This document shows, piece by piece, positions 15,001 to 28,100 of a stretch of DNA of 64,000 bases. The notes below the pieces were generated by a model that had not been told where the DNA came from, made no database searches, and worked only from the letters and a program-made list of their open reading frames with translations. Source of the stretch: Balanoglossus misakiensis (taxonomy: Eukaryota > Animalia > Hemichordata); the NCBI GenBank assembly GCA_040954595.2, contig CM082586.2, positions 805,630-869,629 on the forward strand, given 5' to 3'. How positions within the stretch are numbered: the first letter of the stretch is position 1; every line of letters begins with the position of its first letter. Position numbers and translations under genes: made by a program.

Positions 15001-18000
15001 GCGATTTTCCTGAGCTATAACCCATGTTTTTTTCAAAAAATCACCAAATTTTGAAAATTCCCAAAGTCGAAAAATCGTCGATTTTTCGCGATTTTCCTGA
15101 GCTATAACCCATGGTTTTTTCAAAAAATAACCAAATTTCGAAAAATCGCAAAGTCGAAAAATCGTCGATTTTTCGCGATTTTCCTGAGCTATAACCCATG
15201 GTTTTTTCAAAAAATCACCAAATTTCGAAAAATCGCAAAGTCGAAAAATCGTCGATTTTTCGCGATTTTCCTGAGCTATAACCCATGGTTTTTTTAAAAA
15301 ATCACCAAATTTCGAAAAATCGCAAAGTCGAAAAATCGTCGATTTTTCGCGATTTTCCTGAGCTATAACCCATGGTTTTTTCAAAAAATCACCAAATTTC
15401 GAAAAATCGCAAAGTCGTCGATTTTTCGCGATTTTCCTGAGCTATAACCCATGGTTTTTTCAAAAAATCACCAAATTTCGAAAATTCGCAAAGTCGAAAA
15501 TTCGTCGATTTTTCGCGATTTTCCTGAGCTATAACCCATGGTTTTTTTCAAAAAATCACCAAATTTCAAAAATTCCCAAAGTCGAAAAATCGTCGATTTT
15601 TCGCGATTTTCCTGAGCTATAACCCATGGTTTTTTCAAAAAATCACCAAATTTCGAAAATTCCCAAAGTCGAAAAATCGTCGATTTTTCACGATTTTCCT
15701 GAGCTATAACCCATGGTTTTTTCAAAAAATCACCAAATTTCGAAAATTCCCAAAGTCGAAAAATCGTCGATTTTTCACGATTTTCCTGAGCTATAACCCA
15801 TGGTTTTTTCAAAAAATCACCAAATTTCGAAAATTCCCAAAGTCGAAAAATCGTCGATTTTTCACGATTTTCCTGAGCTATAACCCATGGTTTTTTCAAA
15901 AAATCACCAAATTTCGAAATTCCCAAAGTCGAAAAATCGTCGATTTTTCACGATTTTCCTGAGCTATAACCCATGGTTTTTTCAAAAAAATCACCAAATT
16001 TCGAAAATTCCCAAAGTCGAAAAATCGTCGATTTTTCGCGATTTTCCTGAGCTATAACCCATGGTTTTTTCAAAAAATCACCAAATTTCGAAAATACGCA
16101 AAGTCGAAAAATCGTCGATTTTTCACGATTTTCCTGAGCTATAACCCATGGCTTTTTCAAAAAAATCACCAAATTTCGAAAATTCCCAAAGTCGAAAAAT
16201 CGTCGATTTTTCGCGATTTTCCTGAGCTATAACCCATGGTTTTTTCAAAAAATCACCAAATTTCGAAAATACGCAAAGTCGAAAAATCGTCGATTTTTCG
16301 CGATTTTCCTGAGCTATAACCCATGGTTTTTTCAAAAAATCACCAAATTTTGAAAATTCCCAAAGTCGAAAAATCGTCGATTTTTCGCGATTTTCCTGAG
16401 CTATAACCCATGTTTTTTTCAAAAAATCACCAAATTTTGAAAATTCCCAAAGTCGAAAAATCGTCGATTTTTCGCGATTTTCCTGAGCTATAACCCATGG
16501 TTTTTTCAAAAAATCACCAAATTTCGATAAATCGCAAAGTCGAAAAATCGTCGATTTTTCGCGATTTTCCTGAGCTATAACCCATGGTTTTTTCAAAAAA
16601 TCACCAAATTTCGAAAAATCGCAAAGTCGAAAAATCGTCGATTTTTCGCGATTTTCCTGAGCTATAACCCATGGTTTTTTCAAAAAATCACCAAATTTCG
16701 AAAAATCGCAAAGTCGAAAAATCGTCGATTTTTCGCGATTTTCCTGAGCTATAACCCATGGTTTTTTTAAAAAATCACCAAATTTCGAAAAATCGCAAAG
16801 TCGTCGATTTTTCGCGATTTTCCTGAGCTATAACCCATGGTTTTTTCAAAAAATCACCAAATTTCGAAAAATCGCAAAGTCGTCGATTTTTCGCGATTTT
16901 CCTGAGCTATAACCCATGGTTTTTTTTCAAAAAATCACCAAATTTCGAAAATTCCCAAAGTCGAAAAATCGTCGATTTTTCGCGATTTTCCTGAGCTATA
17001 ACCCATGGTTTTTTCAAAAAATCACCAAATTTCGAAAATTCCCAAAGTCGAAAAATCGTCGATTTTTCGCGATTTTCCTGAGCTATAACCCATGGTTTTT
17101 TCAAAAAATCACCAAATTTTGAAAATTCCCAAAGTCGAAAAATCGTCGATTTTTCGCGATTTTCCTGAGCTATAACCCATGGTTTTTTCAAAAAATCACC
17201 AAATTTCGAAAATTCCCAAAGTCGAAAAATCGTCGATTTTTCGCGATTTTCCTGAGCTATAACCCATGGTTTTTTCAAAAAATCACCAAATTTCGAAAAT
17301 TCCCAAAGTCGAAAAATCGTCGATTTTTCGCGATTTTCCTGAGCTATAACCCATGGTTTTTTCAAAAAATCACCAAATTTTGAAAATTCCCAAAGTCGAA
17401 AAATCGTCGATTTTTCGCGATTTTCCTGAGCTATAACCCATGTTTTTTTCAAAAAATCACCAAATTTTGAAAATTCCCAAAGTCGAAAAATCGTCGATTT
17501 TTCGCGATTTTCCTGAGCTATAACCCATGGTTTTTTCAAAAAATCACCAAATTTCGAAAAATCGCAAAGTCGAAAAATCGTCGATTTTTCGCGATTTTCC
17601 TGAGCTATAACCCATGGTTTTTTCAAAAAATCACCAAATTTCGATAAATCGCAAAGTCGAAAAATCGTCGATTTTTGGCGATTTTCCTGAGCTATAACCC
17701 ATGGTTTTTTCAAAAAATCACCAAATTTCGAAAAATCGCAAAGTCGAAAAATCGTCGATTTTTCGCGATTTTCCTGAGCTATAACCCATGGTTTTTTCAA
17801 AAAATCACCAAATTTCGAAAAATCGCAAAGTCGAAAAATCGTCGATTTTTCGCGATTTTCCTGAGCTATAACCCATGGTTTTTTTAAAAAATCACCAAAT
17901 TTCGAAAAATCGCAAAGTCGTCGATTTTTCGCGATTTTCCTGAGCTATAACCCATGGTTTTTTCAAAAAATCACCAAATTTCGAAAAATCGCAAAGTCGT

Positions 18001-19734
18001 CGATTTTTCGCGATTTTCCTGAGCTATAACCCATGGTTTTTTCAAAAAATCACCAAATTTCGAAAATTCGCAAAGTCGAAAAATCGTCGATTTTTCGCGA
18101 TTTTCCTGAGCTATAACCCATGGTTTTTTTCAAAAAATCACCAAATTTCGAATATTCCCAAAGTCGAAAAATCGTCGATTTTTCGCGATTTTCCTGAGCT
18201 ATAACCCATGGTTTTTTCAAAAAATCACCAAATTTCGAAAATTCCCAAAGTCGAAAAATCGTCGATTTTTCGCGATTTTCCTGAGCTATAACCCATGGTT
18301 TTTTCAAAAAATCACCAAATTTTGAAAATTCCCAAAGTCGAAAAATCGTCGATTTTTCGCGATTTTCCTGAGCTATAACCCATGGTTTTTTCAAAAAATC
18401 ACCAAATTTCGAAAATTCCTAAAGTCGAAAAATCGTCGATTTTTCGCGATTTTCCTGAGCTATAACCCATTGTTTTTTCAAAAAATCACCAAATTTCGAA
18501 AATTCCCAAAGTCGAAAAATCGTCGATTTTTCGCGATTGTCCTGAGCTATAACCCATGGTTTTTTCAAAAAATCACCAAATTTCGAAAATTCCCAAAGTC
18601 GAAAAATCGTCGATTTTTCGCGATTTTCCTGAGCTATAACCCATGGTTTTTTCAAAAAATCACCAAATTTCGAAAATTCCCAAAGTCGAAAAATCGTCGA
18701 TTTTTCGCGATTTTCCTGAGCTATAACCCATGGTTTTTTCAAAAAATCACCAAATTTTGAAAATTCCCAAAGTCGAAAAATCGTCGATTTTTCGCGATTT
18801 TCCTGAGCTATAACCCATGTTTTTTTCAAAAAATCACCAAATTTTGAAAATTCCCAAAGTCGAAAAATCGTCGATTTTTCGCGATTTTCCTGAGCTATAA
18901 CCCATGGTTTTTTCAAAAAATAACCAAATTTCGAAAAATCGCAAAGTCGAAAAATCGTCGATTTTTCGCGATTTTCCTGAGCTATAACCCATGGTTTTTT
19001 CAAAAAATCACCAAATTTCGAAAAATCGCAAAGTCGAAAAATCGTCGATTTTTCGCGATTTTCCTGAGCTATAACCCATGGTTTTTTTAAAAAATCACCA
19101 AATTTCGAAAAATCGCAAAGTCGAAAAATCGTCGATTTTTCGCGATTTTCCTGAGCTATAACCCATGGTTTTTTCAAAAAATCACCAAATTTCGAAAAAT
19201 CGCAAAGTCGTCGATTTTTCGCGATTTTCCTGAGCTATAACCCATGGTTTTTTCAAAAAATCACCAAATTTCGAAAATTCGCAAAGTCGAAAATTCGTCG
19301 ATTTTTCGCGATTTTCCTGAGCTATAACCCATGGTTTTTTTCAAAAAATCACCAAATTTCAAAAATTCCCAAAGTCGAAAAATCGTCGATTTTTCGCGAT
19401 TTTCCTGAGCTATAACCCATGGTTTTTTCAAAAAATCACCAAATTTCGAAAATTCCCAAAGTCGAAAAATCGTCGATTTTTTGCGATTTTCCTGAGCTAT
19501 AACCCATGGTTTTTTCAAAAAATGACCAAATTTCGAAAATTCGCAAAGTCGAAAAATCGTCGATTTTTCGCGATTTTCCTGAGCTATAACCCATGGTTTT
19601 TTCAAAAAATGACCAAATTTTGAAAATTCGCAAAGTCGAAAAATCGTCGATTTTTCGCGATTTTCCTGAGCTATAACCCATGGTTTTTTCAAAAAATGAC
19701 CAAATTTTGAAAATTCGCAAAGTCGAAAAATCGT
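1..19734 (+). repeat. Satellite block A: tandem 87-bp monomers (about 227 copies), continues past the window start
   Basis: Consensus ACGATTTTCCTGAGCTATAACCCATGGTTTTTTCAAAAAATCACCAAATTTCGAAAATTCCCAAAGTCGAAAAATCGTCGATTTTTC (87 nt), head-to-tail. The distal part is mostly the CACG variant and the proximal part (>12 kb) mostly the CGCG variant. Some 79-bp monomers lack AAAAATCG. Confidence 0.98.
11900..19480 (+). repeat. Tandem higher-order duplication of about 3793 bp (about 44 monomers) within block A
   Basis: Identical variant patterns and ORF boundaries recur at offset 3793 (13114/16907, 14257/18050, 14626/18419, 15468/19261). Private variants CCTAAA, CATTG, GATTGT, AATAACC and TTGGCG each occur in both copies. 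Boundaries are approximate. Confidence 0.9.
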
Positions 19735-19735
19735 T

Positions 19736-22700
19736 TTTTCAAAATTTGGTCATTTTTTGAAAAAACCATGGGTTATAGCTCAGGAAAATCGCGAAAAATC
19801 GACGATTTTTCGACTTTGCGAATTTTCAAAATTTGGTCATTTTTTGAAAAAACCATGGGTTATAGCTCAGGAAAATCGCGAAAAATCGACGATTTTTCGA
19901 CTTTGCGAATTTTCAAAATTTGGTCATTTTTTGAAAAAACCATGGGTTATAGCTCAGGAAAATCGCGAAAAATCGACGATTTTTCGACTTTGCGAATTTT
20001 CAAAATTTGGTCATTTTTTGAAAAAACCATGGGTTATAGCTCAGGAAAATCGCGAAAAATCGACGATTTTTCGACTTTGCGAATTTTCAAAATTTGGTCA
20101 TTTTTTGAAAAAACCATGGGTTATAGCTCAGGAAAATCGCGAAAAATCGACGATTTTTCGACTTTGCGAATTTTCAAAATTTGGTCATTTTTTGAAAAAA
20201 CCATGGGTTATAGCTCAGGAAAATCGCGAAAAATCGACGATTTTTCGACTTTGCGAATTTTCAAAATTTGGTCATTTTTTGAAAAAACCATGGGTTATAG
20301 CTCAGGAAAATCGCGAAAAATCGACGATTTTTCGACATTGCGAATTTTCAAAATTTGGTCATTTTTTGAAAAAACCATGGGTTATAGCTCAGGAAAATCG
20401 CGAAAAATCGACGATTTTTCGACATTGCGAATTTTCAAAATTTGGTCATTTTTTGAAAAAACCATGGGTTATAGCTCAGGAAAATCGCGAAAAATCGACG
20501 ATTTTTCGACTTTGCGAATTTTCAAAATTTGGTCATTTTTTGAAAAAACCATGGGTTATAGCTCAGGAAAATCGCGAAAAATCGACGATTTTTCGACTTT
20601 GCGAATTTTCAAAATTTGGTCATTTTTTGAAAAAACCATGGGTTATAGCTCAGGAAAATCGCGAAAAATCGACGATTTTTCGACTTTGCGAATTTTCAAA
20701 ATTTGGTCATTTTTTGAAAAAACCATGGGTTATAGCTCAGGAAAATCGCGAAAAATCGACGATTTTTCGACTTTGCGAATTTTCAAAATTTGGTCATTTT
20801 TTGAAAAAACCATGGGTTATAGCTCAGGAAAATCGCGAAAAATCGACGATTTTTCGACTTTGCGAATTTTCAAAATTTGGTCATTTTTTGAAAAAACCAT
20901 GGGTTATAGCTCAGGAAAATCGCGAAAAATCGACGATTTTTCGACTTTGCGAATTTTCAAAATTTGGTCATTTTTTGAAAAAACCATGGGTTATAGCTCA
21001 GGAAAATCGTGAAAAATCGACGATTTTTCGACTTTGCGAATTTTCAAAATTTTGTCATTTTTTGAAAAAACCATGGGTTATAGCTCAGGAAAATCGCGAA
21101 AAATCGACGATTTTTCGACTTTGCGAATTTTCAAAATTTGGTCATTTTTTGAAAAAACCATGGGTTATAGCTCAGGAAAATCGCGAAAAATCGACGATTT
21201 TTCGACTTTGCGAATTTTCAAAATTTGGTCATTTTTTGAAAAAACCATGGGTTATAGCTCAGGAAAATCGCGAAAAATCGACGATTTTTCGACTTTGCGA
21301 ATTTTCAAAATTTGGTCATTTTTTGAAAAAACCATGGGTTATAGCTCAGGAAAATCGCGAAAAATCGACGATTTTTCGACTTTGCGAATTTTCAAAATTT
21401 GGTCATTTTTTGAAAAAACCATGGGTTATAGCTCAGGAAAATCGCGAAAAATCGACGATTTTTCGACTTTGCGAATTTTCAAAATTTGGTCATTTTTTGA
21501 AAAAACCATGGGTTATAGCTCAGGAAAATCGCGAAAAATCGACGATTTTTCGACTTTGCGAATTTTCAAAATTTTGTCATTTTTTGAAAAAACCATGGGT
21601 TATAGCTCAGGAAAATCGCGAAAAATCGACGATTTTTCGACTTTGCGAATTTTCAAAATTTGGTCATTTTTTGAAAAAACCATGGGTTATAGCTCAGGAA
21701 AATCGCGAAAAATCGACGATTTTTCGACTTTGCGAATTTTCAAAATTTGGTCATTTTTTGAAAAAAACATGGGTTATAGCTCAGGAAAATCGCGAAAAAT
21801 CGACGATTTTTCGACTTTGCGAATTTTCAAAATTTGGTCATTTTTTGAAAAAACCATGGGTTATAGCTCAGGAAAATCGCGAAAAATCGACGATTTTTCG
21901 ACTTTGCGAATTTTCAAAATTTGGTCATTTTTTGAAAAAACCATGGGTTATAGCTCAGGAAAATCGCGAAAAATCGACGATTTTTCGACTTTGCGAATTT
22001 TCAAAATTTGGTCATTTTTTGAAAAAACCATGGGTTATAGCTCAGGAAAATCGCGAAAAATCGACGATTTTTCGACTTTGCGAATTTTCAAAATTTGGTC
22101 ATTTTTTGAAAAAACCATGGGTTATAGCTCAGGAAAATCGCGAAAAATCGACGATTTTTCGACATTGCGAATTTTCAAAATTTGGTCATTTTTTGAAAAA
22201 ACCATGGGTTATAGCTCAGGAAAATCGCGAAAAATCGACGATTTTTCGACTTTGCGAATTTTCAAAATTTGGTCATTTTTTGAAAAAACCATGGGATATA
22301 GCTCAGGAAAATCGCGAAAAATCGACGATTTTTCGACTTTGCGAATTTTCAAAATTTGGTCATTTTTTGAAAAAACCATGGGTTATAGCTCAGGAAAATC
22401 GCGAAAAATCGACGATTTTTCGACTTTGCGAATTTTCAAAATTTGGTCATTTTTTGAAAAAACCATGGGTTATAGCTCAGGAAAATCGCGAAAAATCGAC
22501 GATTTTTCGACTTTGCGAATTTTCAAAATTTGGTCATTTTTTGAAAAAACCATGGGTTATAGCTCAGGAAAATCGCGAAAAATCGACGATTTTTCGACTT
22601 TGCGAATTTTCAAAATTTGGTCATTTTTTGAAAAAACCATGGGTTATAGCTCAGGAAAATCGCGAAAAATCGACGATTTTTCGACTTTGCGAATTTTCAA

Positions 22701-25131
22701 AATTTGGTCATTTTTTGAAAAAACCATGGGTTATAGCTCAGGAAAATCGCGAAAAATCGACGATTTTTCGACTTTGCGAATTTTCAAAATTTGGTCATTT
22801 TTTGAAAAAACCATGGGTTATAGCTCAGGAAAATCGCGAAAAATCGACGATTTTTCGACTTTGCGAATTTTCAAAATTTGGTCATTTTTTGAAAAAACCA
22901 TGGGTTATAGCTCAGGAAAATCGCGAAAAATCGACGATTTTTCGACTTTGCGAATTTTCAAAATTTGGTCATTTTTTGAAAAAACCATGGGTTATAGCTC
23001 AGGAAAATCGCGAAAAATCGACGATTTTTCGACTTTGCGAATTTTCAAAATTTGGTCATTTTTTGAAAAAACCATGGGTTATAGCTCAGGAAAATCGCGA
23101 AAAATCGACGATTTTTCGACTTTGCGAATTTTCAAAATTTGGTCATTTTTTGAAAAAACCATGGGTTATAGCTCAGGAAAATCGCGAAAAATCGACGATT
23201 TTTCGACTTTGCGAATTTTCAAAATTTGGTCATTTTTTGAAAAAACCATGGGTTATAGCTCAGGAAAATCGCGAAAAATCGACGATTTTTCGACTTTGCG
23301 AATTTTCAAAATTTGGTCATTTTTTGAAAAAACCATGGGTTATAGCTCAGGAAAATCGCGAAAAATCGACGATTTTTCGACTTTGCGAATTTTCAAAATT
23401 TGGTCATTTTTTGAAAAAACCATGGGTTATAGCTCAGGAAAATCGCGAAAAATCGACGATTTTTCGACTTTGCGAATTTTCAAAATTTGGTCATTTTTTG
23501 AAAAAACCATGGGTTATAGCTCAGGAAAATCGCGAAAAATCGACGATTTTTCGACTTTGCGAATTTTCAAAATTTGGTCATTTTTTGAAAAAACCATGGG
23601 TTATAGCTCAGGAAAATCGCGAAAAATCGACGATTTTTCGACTTTGCGAATTTTCAAAATTTGGTCATTTTTTGAAAAAAACATGGGTTATAGCTCAGGA
23701 AAATCGCGAAAAATCGACGATTTTTCGACTTTGCGAATTTTCAAAATTTGGTCATTTTTTGAAAAAACCATGGGTTATAGCTCAGGAAAATCGCGAAAAA
23801 TCGACGATTTTTCGACTTTGCGAATTTTCAAAATTTGGTCATTTTTTGAAAAAACCATGGGTTATAGCTCAGGAAAATCGCGAAAAATCGACGATTTTTC
23901 GACTTTGCGAATTTTCAAAATTTGGTCATTTTTTGAAAAAAACATGGGTTATAGCTCAGGAAAATCGCGAAAAATCGACGATTTTTCGACTTTGCGAATT
24001 TTCAAAATTTGGTCATTTTTTGAAAAAACCATGGGTTATAGCTCAGGAAAATCGCGAAAAATCGACGATTTTTCGACTTTGCGAATTTTCAAAATTTGGT
24101 CATTTTTTGAAAAAACCATGGGTTATAGCTCAGGAAAATCGCGAAAAATCGACGATTTTTCGACTTTGCGAATTTTCAAAATTTTGTCATTTTTTGAAAA
24201 AACCATGGGTTATAGCTCAGGAAAATCGTGAAAAATCGACGATTTTTCGACTTTGCGAATTTTCAAAATTTGGTCATTTTTTGAAAAAACCATGGGTTAT
24301 AGCTCAGGAAAATCGCGAAAAATCGACGATTTTTCGACTTTGCGAATTTTCAAAATTTGGTCATTTTTTGAAAAAACCATGGGTTATAGCTCAGGAAAAT
24401 CGCGAAAAATCGACGATTTTTCGACTTTGCGAATTTTCAAAATTTGGTCATTTTTTGAAAAAACCATGGGTTATAGCTCAGGAAAATCGCGAAAAATCGA
24501 CGATTTTTCGACTTTGCGAATTTTCAAAATTTGGTCATTTTTTGAAAAAACCATGGGTTATAGCTCAGGAAAATCGCGAAAAATCGACGATTTTTCGACT
24601 TTGCGAATTTTCAAAATTTGGTCATTTTTTGAAAAAACCATGGGTTATAGCTCAGGAAAATCGCGAAAAATCGACGATTTTTCGACTTTGCGAATTTTCA
24701 AAATTTGGTCATTTTTTGAAAAAAACATGGGTTATAGCTCAGGAAAATCGCGAAAAATCGACGATTTTTCGACTTTGCGAATTTTCAAAATTTGGTCATT
24801 TTTTGAAAAAACCATGGGTTATAGCTCAGGAAAATCGCGAAAAATCGACGATTTTTCGACTTTGCGAATTTTCAAAATTTGGTCATTTTTTGAAAAAACC
24901 ATGGGTTATAGCTCAGGAAAATCGCGAAAAATCGACGATTTTTCGACTTTGCGAATTTTCAAAATTTTGTCATTTTTTGAAAAAACCATGGGTTATAGCT
25001 CAGGAAAATCGCGAAAAATCGACGATTTTTCGACTTTGCGAATTTTCAAAATTTGGTCATTTTTTGAAAAAACCATGGGTTATAGCTCAGGAAAATCGCG
25101 AAAAATCCACGATTTTTCGACTTTGCGAATT
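19736..25131 (-). repeat. Satellite block B: same 87-bp family, inverted, extremely homogeneous (about 62 copies)
   Basis: Plus-strand unit ...TTTTCAAAATTTGGTCATTTTTTGAAAAAACCATGGGTTATAGCTCAGGAAAATCGCGAAAAATCGACGATTTTTCGACTTTGCGAA... is the reverse complement of an A variant (TGACC, TTTTGA, CGCA, CGCG). There are no frameshifting indels: one frame stays open over 19757-25180. Confidence 0.97.
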
Positions 25132-28100
25132 TTCGAAATTTCGTAATTTTTTGATAAAAACCATAGGTTATAGCCCATGAAAATCATCAAGAAATGACAA
25201 TTTTTAGACTTTGCGAATTTTCGAAATTTAGTGATTTTTGATAAAAACCATGGGTTATAGCTCATGAAAATCATCCAGAAATGATAATATTTCGACTTTG
25301 CGAATTTTCGAAATTTGGTGATTTTTTGATAAAAACCATGGGTTATAGCTCATGAAAATCATCCAGAAATGACAATTTTTCGACTTTGCGAATTTTCGAA
25401 ATTTGGTGATTTTTTGATAAAAACCATGGGTTATAGCTCATGAAAATCATCCAGAAATGATAATTTTTCGACTTTGCGAATTTTCGAAATTTGGTGATTT
25501 TTTGATAAAAACCATGGGTTATAGCTCATGAAAATCATCCAGAAATGACAATTTTTCGACTTTGCGAATTTTCGAAATTTGGTGATTTTTTGATAAAAAC
25601 CATGGGTTATAGCTCATGAAAAACACCCAGAAATGACAATTTTTCGACTTTGCGAATTTTCGAAATTTAGTGATTTTTGATAAAAACCATGGGTTATAGC
25701 TCATGAAAATCATCCAGAAATGATAATATTTCGACTTTGCGAATTTTGGAAATTTGGTGATTTTTTGATAAAAACCATGGGTTATAGCTCATGAAAATCA
25801 TCCAGAAATGATAATATTTCGACTTTGCGAATTTTCGAAATTTGGTGATTTTTTGATAAAAACCATGGGTTATAGCTCATGAAAATCATCCAGAAATGAC
25901 AATTTTTCGACTTTGCGAATTTTCGAAATTTGGTGATTTTTTGATAAAAACCATTGGTTATAGCTCATGAAAATCATCCAGAAATGACAATTTTTCGACT
26001 TTGCGAATTTTCGAAATTTGGTGATTTTTTGATAAAAACCATGGGTTATAGCTCATGAAAAACACCCAGAATTGACAATTTCTCGACTTTGCGAATTTTC
26101 GAAATTTGGTGATTTTTTGATAAAAACCATGGGTTATAGCCCATGAAAATCATCCAGAAATGACAATTTTTCGACTTTGCGAATTTTCAAAATTTGGTGA
26201 TTTTTTGATAAAAACCATGGGTTATAGCTCATGAAAATCATCCAGAAATGACAATTTTTCGACTTTGCGAATTTTCGAAATTTGGTGATTTTTTGATAAA
26301 AACCATGGGTTATAGCTCATGAAAATCATCCAGAAATGACAATTTTTCGACTTTGCGAATTCTCGAAATTTGGTGATTTTTTGATAAAAACCATGGGTTA
26401 TAGCTCATGAAAATCATCCAGAAATGAAAATTTTTTCGACTTTGCGAATTTTCGAAATTTGGTGATTTTTTGATAAAAACCATGGGTTATAGCTCATGAA
26501 AATCATCCAGAAATGACAATTTTTCGACTTTGCGAATTTTCGAAATTTGGTGTTTTTTTGATAAAAACCATGGGTTATAGCTCATGAAAAACACCCAGAA
26601 TTGACAATTTCTCGACTTTGCGAATTTTCGAAATTTGGTGTTTTTTTGATAAAAACCATGGGTTATAGCTCATGAAAAACACCCAGAATTGACAATTTCT
26701 CGACTTTGCGAATTTTCGAAATTTGGTGATTTTTTGATAAAAACCATGGGTTATAGTCCATGAAAATCATCAAGAAATGACAATTTTTCGACTTTGCGAA
26801 TTTTCGAAATTTTGTGATTTTTGATAAAAACCATGTGTTATAGCTCATGAAAATCATCCAGAAATGATAATATTTCGACTTTGCGAATTTTCGAAATTTG
26901 GTGATTTTTTGATAAAAACCATGGGTTATAGCTCATGAAAATCATCCAGAAATGACAATTTTTCGACTTTGCGAATTTTCGAAATTTGGTGATTTTTTGA
27001 TAAAAACCATGGGTTATAGCTCATGAAAATCATCCAGAAATGACAATTTTTCGACTTTGCGAATTTTCGAAATTTGGTGATTTTTTGATAAAAACCATGG
27101 GTTATAGCTCATGAAAAACACCCAGAATTGACAATTTCTCGACTTTGCGAATTTTCCAAATTTGGTGATTTTTTGATAAAAACCATGGGTTATAGCCCAT
27201 GAAAATCATCCAGAAATGACAATTTTTCGACTTTGCTAATTTCAAAATTTGGTGCTTTTTTGATAAAAACCATGGGTTATAGCTCATGAAAATCATCCAG
27301 AAATGACAATTTTTCGACTTTGCGAATTTTCGAAATTTGGTGATTTTTTGATAAAAACCATGGGTTATAGCTCATGAAAATCATCCAGAAATGACAATTT
27401 TTCGACTTTGCGAATTTTCGAAATTTTGTGATTTTTTGATAAAAACCATGGGTTATAGCTCATGAAAATCATCCAGAAATGATAATTTTTTCGACTTTGC
27501 GAATTTTCGAAATTTGGTGATTTTTTGATAAAAACCATAGGTTATAGCTCATGAAAATCATCCAGAAATGACAATTTTTCGACTTTGCGAATTTTCGAAA
27601 TTTGGTGTTTTTTTGATAAAAACCATGGGTTATAGCTCATGAAAAACACCCAGAATTGACAATTTCTCGACTTTGCGAATTTTCGAAATTTGGTGTTTTT
27701 TTGATAAAAACCATGGGTTATAGCTCATGAAAAACACCCAGAATTGACAATTTCTCGACTTTGCGAATTTTCGAAATTTGGTGATTTTTTGATAAAAACC
27801 ATGGGTTATAGCCCATGAAAATCATCAAGAAATGACAATTTTTCGACTTTGCGAATTTTCGAAATTTAGTGATTTTTGATAAAAACCATGTGTTATAGCT
27901 CATGAAAATCATCCAGAAATGACAATTTTTCGACTTTGCGAATTTTCGAAATTTGGTGATTTTTTGATAAAAACCATGGGTTATAGCTCATGAAAATCAT
28001 CCAGAAATGACAATTTTTCGACTTTGCGAATTTTCGAAATTTGGTGATTTTTTGATAAAAACCATGGGTTATAGCTCATGAAAATCATCCAGAAATGATA

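Noticed and set aside
349-19720. Dozens of ORFs encoding 29-aa repeats (KKPWVIAQENREK..., FFQKITKFRKFPK...)
   Set aside because: They follow from an 87-bp (3x29) monomer with stop-free frames on both strands. They start and stop at random indels and have no splice or promoter context.
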